From Spirochaetia bacterium (lineage in GTDB: Bacteria; Spirochaetota; Spirochaetia; SZUA-6; Bin103): a DNA stretch of 64,000 nt. This document shows, one piece after another, positions 18,422 through 28,785 of this stretch. Both the position numbers and the translations under genes were made by a program. The stretch covers positions 4,512,001-4,576,000 of the forward strand of contig CBDBDQ010000005.1 in the NCBI GenBank assembly GCA_965203905.1. The letters run 5' to 3'. Within the stretch, counting starts at the first letter, position 1, and every line of letters begins with the position of its first letter. The notes under the pieces are model-generated. The model ran no database searches. It saw only the letters and a program-made list of their open reading frames with translations, and was not told where the DNA came from.

Positions 18422-19933
18422 TCAGGACGCCGGCCGCGTCGATCCGGGCAGCCACTGCACCTGTTGCATGTCGGTGCGAGGCGGCGGTGGCCAGTGTCCC
18501 CCGCGCTGTCCCGAGAGGCCCTTGTTGGGTCCGTGGTGGTAGTCCGCGTCGGGCAATCCGACCAGATTCCCTTCGCGTATCCACGCGCAGTCGTCGCCGT
18601 ACAGCTGCGCCATCAGCACCCCTTGCAGGCGCTGGCGCGCCGCACCGGCTTCGCTCGTATCAGGAGCCTGGCCAAGGTCGGTCAACTCGTGCGGATCGGT
18701 TGCCAGGTCGAAGAGCTGGGTACGGTTGCCGGCGGGGTAGTAGATCAGCTTGTAGCGCCCGGCGTGCACCATGCGCCCGGCCAGGATCCCCTCACCGAGT
18801 TCGCCGTAGAGCCACGGGCGCGGCGGGTCCGTCAGCGCGGAGCGTCCCTCCACGCTCTCGGGAACGGTGATCCCGGCCATCCCAAGTAGCGTCGGCATCA
18901 CGTCCTGCAGTCCCACCACCCGCTCGTCGACTCCGATCTTCACGGGCGGCTCCGCACTGTCGGCGCCGACCAGCAGCAGCGGCACGTTGGCGGACGGCTC
19001 GTAGAAGAGCTGCTTGGCCCACAGGCCGTGGTTGCCGAGCATGTCGCCGTGATCGGAGGTGAAGCAAATGACGGTGTCGTCCAGCAGTGCCTCCTCGCGC
19101 AGGGTCCCGACGATCACGCTGAGCTGGTGGTCGATATGGGTGCACAGCGCGTAGAAGGCGCGCCGGGCGGCTGCGATTTGCGCCGGCGTCGCCAGGTACG
19201 CCTCGCGCATGCGGACCGCGCGCAGGCGCAACGGCAGACATTCGGATTCGTCCGCCCAGGAACCGCACCGGGGCTTGTCCAGGGGCTGGTCGCGGTACAG
19301 GTCCAGGTAGGCCGCGAGCGGCACCAGCGGCGGATGGGGATGGCGGTAGGCGAGATACCAGAACGCCGGCCGGGTGGGGTCGCGGCGCTTGATGGTGCGC
19401 ACCATCGCCGCGGTGGCCCAGTTGGTGGGGTGGGCAGGCTCCGGCAGGTGCCAGGGACGGCTGACGTAGCGGTTGTTGCTCATGCCGTGGAAGAACTGGC
19501 GGCCGGCATGGCCGGAGTCTCCGAGGAACAGCTCGTAGTCGTCCGTGACCCCGTACTGGGTCCGGCCCTCCTCGTCGAGGATCACGTCGTCGAAGCCGAT
19601 GCGGTTGCGCTGGGGATAGACGTGCAGCTTGCCCACCGCGGTGGCTTGGTAGCCGGCATCGCGGAAGGTCTGCGCCAGCGTCGGGAGCTCGGGCATCGGC
19701 ATCCGTTCGCCGAAGTTGCGATCGCCGTGGGTGCGCGGACTGACTCCCGTCATCAGCGTGCGCCGCGCCGGGATGCACACCGGACACTCCGAGTAGGCGT
19801 TGCTGAAGCGAAGCCCGCTCGCGGCCAGCGCATCGAGAGTCGGGGTCTGGATCGCAGGATGACCGGCGCAGCCGAGCAACGCGGCGGGCCAGTGGTCGGT
19901 GGTAACGAGCAGCACGTTGGGGCGTTTTGCCAT
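18422..19933 (-). CDS. Sulfatase (Cys-type formylglycine enzyme)
   Basis: PNVLLVTTD, CIPARRTLMTG (CxPxR), GKLH, HPHPP and FTSDHGDMLG. Confidence 0.93.
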   Translation of the reverse strand: MAKRPNVLLVTTDHWPAALLGCAGHPAIQTPTLDALAASGLRFSNAYSECPVCIPARRTLMTGVSPRTHGDRNFGERMPMPELPTLAQTFRDAGYQATAVGKLHVYPQRNRIGFDDVILDEEGRTQYGVTDDYELFLGDSGHAGRQFFHGMSNNRYVSRPWHLPEPAHPTNWATAAMVRTIKRRDPTRPAFWYLAYRHPHPPLVPLAAYLDLYRDQPLDKPRCGSWADESECLPLRLRAVRMREAYLATPAQIAAARRAFYALCTHIDHQLSVIVGTLREEALLDDTVICFTSDHGDMLGNHGLWAKQLFYEPSANVPLLLVGADSAEPPVKIGVDERVVGLQDVMPTLLGMAGITVPESVEGRSALTDPPRPWLYGELGEGILAGRMVHAGRYKLIYYPAGNRTQLFDLATDPHELTDLGQAPDTSEAGAARQRLQGVLMAQLYGDDCAWIREGNLVGLPDADYHHGPNKGLSGQRGGHWPPPPRTDMQQVQWLPGSTRPAS

Positions 19934-20007
19934 GGCGTGATTCTACCGCCGGCGCGGCGGCACTGACAGCGGTGACGGCGGCGCCGCATACGGCTACATT
20001 GGGCGCC

Positions 20008-21411
20008 GTGAGCGCTGACGGACAGCAACTGACGCAGGGCTGGGCGGGACCGGGCCTGGACGCGCTGATGTCGCGGCGGATACAGAAGCTGAACGCCGGT
20101 TCGGCGACCGACTGGGGCCTCTCCGCCCGCCGACCGGACCCGGCGGCGCAGCCGATCTCCCTGGCCGGCGGCATCCCCGACGATGCCACCCTGCCGCGTG
20201 CGGGTTTGCTGGCGGCGGTGTCCCGGGCGTTGGGCTTGAGCTCGGGGCCATCCCGTGCCAGCGGCGCGCCCGGCAGCGCCGCGGCGGCGGAGTGCGACTG
20301 CGGGCCGGCCGCAGCCGGGGCCGAGTGCGACGGCGGACGGGCCGCGGGGGATGCGTCCGATTCCGGCGCGCAGCAGGGCGCGGCCGCACTTTCCTACGGT
20401 GGCCCGCAGGGCTATGAGCCGCTGCGTGAGGCGGTGGCGCGGTTCTTCGCCCGCGACCAGCACCCAGCGATCGACGGCGAGCACTTCGTGCTTACCAACG
20501 GCGCCGCCGGGGCCATCGACCTGGCCTGCTCGGCGCTGCTCGATCCGGGCGACGTGGTGGTTACCGAGGTGCCGGCTTTCTCGGGCTCGCTGCGTACCAT
20601 CCGTGGCCACGGCGCGCGGCTGGTCGGGGTGACCATGGACGCCGACGGCATGTGCGTCGACCAACTCGACGCCACCCTGCGGCGGCTCGCCGCCGCGGGC
20701 ACCCCGGCCAAGCTGATCTACGCATCGCCTACCTTCCACAATCCCACCGGAATCACCATGCCGGTAGCTCGCCGCCGCGATCTGCTGCAGGTCGCCTCGC
20801 GCCACGGCGTCCTGATACTGGAAGACACCGCCTACAACGAGCTCTACTTCGGGTCCGAGCTGTGGCCCACCCTGGCGGCGCTGGCCCAGGGCCACTTCGT
20901 GATCACCGCCGGCACCTTCTCCAAGGTGATCGCTCCCGGTCTCCGGGTCGGCTGGCTGCAGGCGCGCCCGGAACTGCTGCGGCTGCTGCTGCCGGCGCGC
21001 TTCGACATGGGCAACAGCCCGCTGCAGCACCGCATGCTGTACGAGTTCATGGTCTCCGGCGAGCTGGAGGCGCACGTGGTGCGAATGCGCGCGCTCTACC
21101 GCACCAAGATGCGCGTCCTGGCCGACGCGTTGCGCGCCGCCTGCGGCGCGGCGCTGCAGTTCACCGAGCCGGCCGGCGGCTTCTTCCTCTGGCTGCGGCT
21201 GGCCGCGCCGTGCTCGGCGCAAATGGTACAGGAACGGGCCCTGGAGCGTGGTGTCGTGTTCCCGGTCGGACGCGGTTTCTTTCCCGCCGAGGGGCCGCGA
21301 CCGGATGCAGAGTACCTGCGGCTGGCCTACTCGCGAGTAGGCGTCGACGAGCTGCGCGCGGGGGCCGAGCGGCTCGCCGCCTGCCTGGAGGAGGATCGAG
21401 ATGGGTGTTGA
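20008..21411 (+). CDS. PLP-dependent aminotransferase class I/II (MocR/Aro8-like, no HTH)
   Basis: ISLAGGIPD, PTFHNPTG, EDTAY and GTFSKVIAPGLRVGW. Contains an about 45-aa low-complexity insert. Confidence 0.9.
   Translation: MSADGQQLTQGWAGPGLDALMSRRIQKLNAGSATDWGLSARRPDPAAQPISLAGGIPDDATLPRAGLLAAVSRALGLSSGPSRASGAPGSAAAAECDCGPAAAGAECDGGRAAGDASDSGAQQGAAALSYGGPQGYEPLREAVARFFARDQHPAIDGEHFVLTNGAAGAIDLACSALLDPGDVVVTEVPAFSGSLRTIRGHGARLVGVTMDADGMCVDQLDATLRRLAAAGTPAKLIYASPTFHNPTGITMPVARRRDLLQVASRHGVLILEDTAYNELYFGSELWPTLAALAQGHFVITAGTFSKVIAPGLRVGWLQARPELLRLLLPARFDMGNSPLQHRMLYEFMVSGELEAHVVRMRALYRTKMRVLADALRAACGAALQFTEPAGGFFLWLRLAAPCSAQMVQERALERGVVFPVGRGFFPAEGPRPDAEYLRLAYSRVGVDELRAGAERLAACLEEDRDGC
20287..20346 (+). 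repeat. Imperfect 33-bp in-frame tandem duplication
   Basis: GCGGAGTGCGACTGCGGGCCGGCCGC and GCCGAGTGCGACGGCGGACGGGCCGC, encoding AECDCGPAA and AECDGGRAA. Confidence 0.7.
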
Positions 21412-21790
21412 GCAGATGGGAGCCTGGCACGTCTCCCAGATTGCGCTGGGCGTGAATGACCTGGACGCCGCCATCGTCTTCTACCGCGACACCCTGGAGG
21501 TGCCGTTCATAGCGCGGGCGAATCCGGGACTGGCATTTTTCGACTGCGACGGCGTGCGTCTGATGCTGTCGAGCGGCGGTGACGGGGGCGCGCGGTGCGC
21601 CCTGTACTTCCAAGTTCCGGACATCGACCGGCGCTACGCCGAGCTTCAGGAGCGCGGCGTGGCGTTCGACGGGCCGCCCCAGGTAATCCACTCGGCCGCC
21701 GACTACGAGCTGCGGATGGCGTTCTTCCGCGATCCGGCCGCCAACCAGCTCGCACTGATGACCGAGCGCGGCACCTACGTCGGACAGTAA
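21401..21790 (+). CDS. VOC/glyoxalase family protein
   Basis: SQIALGVNDLDAAIVFYRDTLE, LYFQVPDID and FFRDPAAN. Confidence 0.88.
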   Translation: MGVEQMGAWHVSQIALGVNDLDAAIVFYRDTLEVPFIARANPGLAFFDCDGVRLMLSSGGDGGARCALYFQVPDIDRRYAELQERGVAFDGPPQVIHSAADYELRMAFFRDPAANQLALMTERGTYVGQ

Positions 21791-21819
21791 GTCGGCTGGC
21801 GGACAGTGAGCGGCGGCTG

Positions 21820-23397
<1,578 letters not shown>

Positions 23398-23419
23398 CAG
23401 CGCGGCCCGCCGAGCCGGG

Positions 23420-24850
23420 TCAGCGAGTGCCGTCCTCCAGCGGCGGCCGGTGTTGTGCCCAGGGCTGGGCCGTCTCGAAAGCCGCCGCCGCGGCCAGCAC
23501 GGCGAGGTCGGCGCGCCGGCGGCCGACGATCTGCACGCCCACCGGGAGGCCGTCGCGGTTGAATCCGCAGGGCACCGTGGCCGCCGGCTGGCCGGTGATG
23601 TTGAACGGGTAGGTGAAGGGCGTCCAACTGAGCCCCGCGTCCAGCACCGCGTCGCCGATCCGCCGCGGCCGGTCGAGACCGGCGGGAAACGCCGGCAACG
23701 GCATGGTGGGCGTGAGCAGCAGCTCGTAGGGCTCCATGAATTGACGCATGCGGTGGTAGTAGTCGAGGCGCGCACGCTGCACCGCGGCGAGCTGCAGGCC
23801 GCTGACCTCGCGCGCGCCTTCGATGATCTGCGCCAGTCCCGGATCGAGCCGCTCCCGCACGGCGTCGAAGCGCTCACCGTGAATCGCTCCCTCCCCCGTG
23901 CACCAGATGACGTTGACCAGCCCCCACGGGTCGGCGACCGGCGGCGTGGCTTCCTCAACCTCGTAGCCCAGCTCGGCGAAGCGGTGCGCGGCCGCGGCCG
24001 TCAACTGCGCCACCTCCGGATCGACGGTGGCGGATCCCAGGTCCGGCGACCACGCGACCCGCGCCCCGGCCCCGCTCCCGGCCGGCAGCGCCTGCAGCGC
24101 GGCCAGGTAGTCGCACGGCTCGGACCAGGCGTTGGGGTCGCGGTCGTCGGCGCCGGCCATGACGCCCAGCATCAGCGCGCCGTCGCCCACGGTGCGCGTC
24201 ATCGGGCCGACGTGGGACAGCAGCTCCACGGCGCTGGCCGGATACTGCGGCACGAGACCGAACGACGGCTTGAATCCGAACAGGCCGCAGAAGCAGCAGG
24301 GGATGCGGATCGAGCCTGCGCCGTCGCTGCCCTGGGCCAGGGGCCCGAGTCCCGCCGCCACCGCCGCCGCGCCACCCCCCGACGAGCCGCCCGGCGTGCG
24401 TCCGTGGCGCCACGGGTTGTGGCTCGTCCCCGCCACCCGGTTGCTGGTCTCCCCCTTCCAGCCGAACTCGGGGGTATTGCTCTTGCCCAGCAGCACGCCG
24501 CCCGCGGCCAGCAGCCGCTCCACCACCGGGGCGTCGAAATCGGGCACCCAGTCCCGCGACAGCAGCGAGCCCATGGTGGTGCGGATCCCCCTGGTGGGAA
24601 CCAGGTCCTTGATCGAGAGCGGGATGCCGGCCAGCGGCCCGGCGCTGCCGTCGCGGTACGCGGCCTCGGCGCCACGCGCCTGCTCCTCGGCCAGCTCCCT
24701 GGTCACCGTAACGAACGCGTTCAGGCGCGGCTGCAGCCGCTCGCTGCGTTCCAGCACCGCGGCCACCACCTCCACCGGCGACAGCTCGCGGCGTCGATAG
24801 CGCGCGCGCAGCTCCAGTGCGGAGAGGTAGCAGACCTCGGCCGGGTTCAC
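23420..24850 (-). CDS. Amidase signature family enzyme
   Basis: IKD, PGGSSGG and GSDGAGSIRIP (Lys-cisSer-Ser triad). Confidence 0.93.
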   Translation of the reverse strand: MNPAEVCYLSALELRARYRRRELSPVEVVAAVLERSERLQPRLNAFVTVTRELAEEQARGAEAAYRDGSAGPLAGIPLSIKDLVPTRGIRTTMGSLLSRDWVPDFDAPVVERLLAAGGVLLGKSNTPEFGWKGETSNRVAGTSHNPWRHGRTPGGSSGGGAAAVAAGLGPLAQGSDGAGSIRIPCCFCGLFGFKPSFGLVPQYPASAVELLSHVGPMTRTVGDGALMLGVMAGADDRDPNAWSEPCDYLAALQALPAGSGAGARVAWSPDLGSATVDPEVAQLTAAAAHRFAELGYEVEEATPPVADPWGLVNVIWCTGEGAIHGERFDAVRERLDPGLAQIIEGAREVSGLQLAAVQRARLDYYHRMRQFMEPYELLLTPTMPLPAFPAGLDRPRRIGDAVLDAGLSWTPFTYPFNITGQPAATVPCGFNRDGLPVGVQIVGRRRADLAVLAAAAAFETAQPWAQHRPPLEDGTR

Positions 24851-25227
24851 GAGCCGTCGACCAGGGTGATGCAGTCCTCGCGGTTGGGGACGATGCAGAG
24901 AAACTCGAAGGGGGCCTCGGTCACCTCGTAGGAGTGAGGCACCTCGGCGGGAATGTACAACGCGGTACCGGCCGCCACCGCGTGCACCTGGTCGCCGATG
25001 GTGACCCGCGCCGCCCCGGTGAGCACGTACTGCTCGTGCTCCACCGCGTTGGTGTGGCGCGGCATGCCGCCGCCGGACCCCATCACGAAACGGCGCAGGG
25101 CGAAGTTGGGGGCGCCATCCTCCGGCCCGATCAGGACCTGCGTCTCGGTGGCGGTGCCGGCGGCCACCGGCTGGCGGGCTACGGCTTCGGCGCGCTTGGT
25201 CACGCCGGCGTTGTCAGTGCGCTGCAT
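24847..25227 (-). CDS. Cupin domain protein
   Basis: APNFALRRF, PRHTNAVEHEQYVL and YIPAEVPHSY. Confidence 0.88.
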   Translation of the reverse strand: MQRTDNAGVTKRAEAVARQPVAAGTATETQVLIGPEDGAPNFALRRFVMGSGGGMPRHTNAVEHEQYVLTGAARVTIGDQVHAVAAGTALYIPAEVPHSYEVTEAPFEFLCIVPNREDCITLVDGS

Positions 25228-25235
25228 GACTCGGA

Positions 25236-25360
25236 GGGTAGCACAGGCAGCGCTGCGCAACACAAGGATGCAGCAACGGGTAGCAGGTAGCTGCAGCGCG
25301 ACACAAGGTTCAGCTACGGGCAGCACAGGCAAGTGCCGCAACACGAGTTGCCGGGCTGCG
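25236..25360. repeat. Three imperfect about 41-bp direct repeats overlapping the cupin promoter
   Basis: Units start at 25236, 25278 and 25318 with consensus GGG(T/C)AGC..AGG...CGC.ACAC.AG. Confidence 0.65.
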
Positions 25361-25395
25361 GCGCCGGCCGTTGCGGGCCGGCACCGGGAGCGTGG

Positions 25396-26391
25396 TCAGG
25401 AGTCGCCGTCGGAATCGGCCCAGGCCTGGGGATTCAGCAGGTTGGGAGGGCGCGCACCCTCCAGGTAGGCGATGATGTTCTCCACGCACACCTCCACCGC
25501 GCGTACCGTCGCCACGGTGGTGTCGCTGCCGATGTGGGGGGCGAGGATGGTGTTGTCCATCGCCAGCAGCGGGTTGTCCGGCGCCACCGGCTCGATCTGG
25601 AATACGTCCAGTGCCGCGCCGGCGAGATGGCCGGAGCGCAGCGCCTCGATCAGCGCGGCTTCGTCGACCACCGCGCCCCGGCTGGTGTTGACCAGGTAGC
25701 TGCCGGGCCGCATCCGCGCGAGTTGAGCCGCTCCGATCAGGCCGCGCGTGCGGTCGGTCAACGGGACATGCAGGCTCACCACGTCGCTGGCGCTGAGAAT
25801 CCGCTCCACCGGGGCCAGCGTGACGCCGTCGCGCTGCGCCTGCGCGGTGCTCAGGCCGCGGCTGAACGCCAGGACCTCCATGCCGTGGGCAATGGCGCGC
25901 TGCGCCACGCCGCGGCCGATGTTGCCGTAGCCGATGATGCCCAGTGTCATGGCGTCGAGCCCGGGAGCCAGGAACAGCTCGCGGCGGGTCCAGCCCTGCT
26001 CGCGCACCGCGCGGTCGGCCACGAGGATGCGGCGCACCAGGGCGGTGATCAGGCCCATGGCGAAGTTGGCGGTGGCGACGTGCATCACCGGCGAATTGGT
26101 CACCAGCACACCGTGGGCGGTGGCCGCCTCCAGATCGACCGAGTTGTAACCCATGCCGTCGCGGGTCACCAGCCGCAGATCGGGCAATGCCGCGAACACC
26201 GCCGCGTCGAAGGTCTCGTCGCTGGCGATCACCGCGTTGGCGCCGGCGGCCGCATCCAGCAGCTCGGCGCGCGTCACGCTGCGCCCGACCACGGGGCCGA
26301 AGGTGAGCCGGGCGCGCGGCCGCAGCGGTTCCAGGGCAGGCATGATCAGGTCGCGGTCGTACTCGGTGCTGACGCAGACGGTAAACGGCAC
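25396..26391 (-). CDS. D-isomer-specific 2-hydroxyacid dehydrogenase (SerA/glyoxylate reductase-like)
   Basis: GIIGYGNIG, SLHVPLT, VNTSRG, LDVFQIEP and PHIG; SD AAGGAG before GTG. Confidence 0.92.
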   Translation of the reverse strand: MPFTVCVSTEYDRDLIMPALEPLRPRARLTFGPVVGRSVTRAELLDAAAGANAVIASDETFDAAVFAALPDLRLVTRDGMGYNSVDLEAATAHGVLVTNSPVMHVATANFAMGLITALVRRILVADRAVREQGWTRRELFLAPGLDAMTLGIIGYGNIGRGVAQRAIAHGMEVLAFSRGLSTAQAQRDGVTLAPVERILSASDVVSLHVPLTDRTRGLIGAAQLARMRPGSYLVNTSRGAVVDEAALIEALRSGHLAGAALDVFQIEPVAPDNPLLAMDNTILAPHIGSDTTVATVRAVEVCVENIIAYLEGARPPNLLNPQAWADSDGDS

Positions 26392-26469
26392 GGTGCTCTC
26401 CTTCGAGGTCCAGATTAACGAAGATCGCCGGCTGCGGACAGGCGGTGACTCCCGCGCCACCCGAATTCA

Positions 26470-27024
26470 TCAGGGAAGGGCTGTTGGAGGAACAGGCTGC
26501 GGCGGTCTGAAAGCGCTCCTGAGCTGCCACGCGATTTCCATCATACGGGCTTTACGGTTTTGGACACCTGGTTCGACACGCACGTTCTGGCAGATGTCGG
26601 CGTGGAAGCTGTTCATGACAGTGCCCGAGTCGTAAACACAGAACAGTCGTTTTCCACTTTCCAGCAATCCCCGGACGTCCATCGTGCAGGTTGCGATGAA
26701 CTGCAAATAACCACTGTATCTTGCGTCGGTGCGTTTGCTTGACATCAAGAGCTCGGGTCCCATCCGGAGCACACGATCAACGGAGAATCCTCTGGCTTCG
26801 GGGTCGCGGCGAAAGTACGCAGGCTTCAAATGACCGTCGGGCCCGACCGTTTGTTCTCTGAAAAGAGTACGTACCAGGACTTCACTGTCATCCACTGGTC
26901 CAGGCGAGTGCTCACTGACCGATTGGTGTTCGCACTCGCAGTCGGGAAACTGCTCACGGTAGCGAGTACACTTGCAATCCCCTTGGCAATGCCGGATCTC
27001 CAGCTCCAAGCAGGTGCACGACAT
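26470..27024 (-). CDS. Hypothetical protein, putative ADP-ribosyltransferase-fold toxin with Cys-rich N-terminus
   Basis: Pattern EVLVR...F...GFSVDR...VR...VYD...NSFHADI resembles R-S-H type ART toxins. AT-richer than the flanks. Confidence 0.5.
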   Translation of the reverse strand: MSCTCLELEIRHCQGDCKCTRYREQFPDCECEHQSVSEHSPGPVDDSEVLVRTLFREQTVGPDGHLKPAYFRRDPEARGFSVDRVLRMGPELLMSSKRTDARYSGYLQFIATCTMDVRGLLESGKRLFCVYDSGTVMNSFHADICQNVRVEPGVQNRKARMMEIAWQLRSAFRPPQPVPPTALP

Positions 27025-27050
27025 AACGATAGCAGTTGGTCTCAGGAGCG

Positions 27051-27662
27051 CTATTGTAACCGCAGGATTCGCAGTATGTCGTCCGGCCAAGGGCCGACCA
27101 CATCCACACCGTCACTGCCGTACTTCTCCGTCACTGCTCCCGGCACTCCACGGACGGCAAAATATGCACACGTGCCGTCGCCCTCGAAGGTCACCTCGGC
27201 GAACACCTGTGCATCCCTGAAGTCCCAGTAAATGCCCACATCTCCCTCGGTGCCTTCCTCCGGGTACGGCGGCGGAATGTTACCGGGTCTGCCGTCGAGG
27301 AAGGTCAGGGCGTCGTTCACTGCCTCTTGTGATGGGGCCTTAGCGCCGTCTCCATCCCAGTTCTCTTCCAAGCGCGCATAGGACCGGAGTTCTTCGCGGA
27401 GTTCGGACTCGGACCCGACCTTTGAGGTGAGTGCGACCCAGCGGCCCGAATCACGACTATTCAGCGCACGGAATGTTAAGCGGCTCGGCGGCACTCCGTG
27501 CCATGGCCGAGTGGTTTGTCGTCGTTCAGTTCGGACGGCTATCAGGTTGCACCCCTGGCCGAACGAATACCTGATGACATACGTGTCCGGTGTTGTTTCT
27601 TCCGGCGTAGACAGTTCCAGAACGGCGGGAGGCAAGGACCGCAAGGCAAGTGCATTAGACAA
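27051..27662 (-). CDS. Hypothetical protein with LEENWDGDGAKAP motif (putative antitoxin/immunity partner)
   Basis: Intact 203 aa ORF; NWDGxGAxxP...P...GxVxxxW motif of small proteins commonly found next to ART/RES-like genes. Confidence 0.6.
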   Translation of the reverse strand: MSNALALRSLPPAVLELSTPEETTPDTYVIRYSFGQGCNLIAVRTERRQTTRPWHGVPPSRLTFRALNSRDSGRWVALTSKVGSESELREELRSYARLEENWDGDGAKAPSQEAVNDALTFLDGRPGNIPPPYPEEGTEGDVGIYWDFRDAQVFAEVTFEGDGTCAYFAVRGVPGAVTEKYGSDGVDVVGPWPDDILRILRLQ

Positions 27663-27671
27663 ATGAAATTC

Positions 27672-28658
27672 CTATTCTGCTCTTGGACCGGTCTTGATCG
27701 AAGTGGTCGCGGGCTCGCTCTCACCAACGTCGTTCTTGTTAGTCACCTGCACATCGTATTCGGTATCGGGCTTGAGATCAACAAACGAGCACTTGTCGAA
27801 CGGTGTCTCGAACCCGGGACTCCACGCTTCCGCTCCCGACTCCCTGATGCGAACGACGGAAGTGACTGTCGGCCTCCATCTGGCTTCTAGGGTCCTCCCG
27901 AGCTTGTCAGGTAGCGATACATAAACCATGTTGTCCTGCCACTTGAGTACGGGATCTTCCGTACGGCTTGACATTTGTTGATCCATGGTCCTGTAATCCC
28001 GACCAAGCCTAGGCGCGATTTGGTTCGCAAGAATACGGTCTAGTACAATCATGGATCTCAACGGAATAAAGATTCGTATGGCAGAAGCGCGACCGACACC
28101 CGAGAGGGAGAGGTGACTGTCGTGCAGCATCCCGCTCGACTGCCAATAGGCAAGAACTGAGCGGAAGTTACGCGCATCGGACGGAGCTTCGTCTCTGGCC
28201 CCCTCCGAGAACGGTTCCACACTCATTTCCATCTCGAAGTCGTGAGCCGCCACCTGATGATATACACTGCACAGGGCCTCCCGCGAATCAGCCGGAAGGG
28301 CATCGAACAACTTGGCGAGGTGAGGTCTTGTCTCATTTACCGGAAGGGCATCCTTGTTCTGGATCAGAAAACTCAGCAAACGAAACGAGTGGACGTAGGC
28401 AAGACCGAGGTTCGACGTTGCGGACAAGCAGGCACCGACGTAACGGACGGCCTTGCCGCTTGGGAGTCCCGCGAACTTGCGCGCAACATGGTCGGGCCCA
28501 GCAGGCCTACCGTCGTGGTCAGTCTTCAACTCCCGGTAACCATCGATCGCCTGCAGAACCGGATCGAGGGTTTCTCTGGCCACATCAAAAAACGAAATCA
28601 CCATTTCGTATAGATATGGCAGATATGGATGAGATCTCTGGGTGGCAGCTTCCGTCAT
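27672..28658 (-). CDS. Helical (HEPN-like) domain fused to C-terminal fibronectin type III domain
   Basis: FN3 signature DLKPDTEYDVQVTNKNDVGES. N-terminal LGLAYVHSFRLL...HLAKLFDALP is reminiscent of HEPN. Confidence 0.65.
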   Translation of the reverse strand: MTEAATQRSHPYLPYLYEMVISFFDVARETLDPVLQAIDGYRELKTDHDGRPAGPDHVARKFAGLPSGKAVRYVGACLSATSNLGLAYVHSFRLLSFLIQNKDALPVNETRPHLAKLFDALPADSREALCSVYHQVAAHDFEMEMSVEPFSEGARDEAPSDARNFRSVLAYWQSSGMLHDSHLSLSGVGRASAIRIFIPLRSMIVLDRILANQIAPRLGRDYRTMDQQMSSRTEDPVLKWQDNMVYVSLPDKLGRTLEARWRPTVTSVVRIRESGAEAWSPGFETPFDKCSFVDLKPDTEYDVQVTNKNDVGESEPATTSIKTGPRAE

Positions 28659-28785
28659 GGCCGGCTATCTCCGCGTGTCTACGGCGCGGGGGCAGCAATT
28701 TTCGGGTGATGCCCGAAGTCATGGTACAGCACCGATACCGTGCTGATCAAGTCGCTGGACTCGTTCGGTGCTATGATGGCGTGTC

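Noticed and set aside
25236-25360. Mini CRISPR array
   Set aside because: Units are degenerate along their whole length with no constant-repeat/unique-spacer structure, and there are no cas genes.
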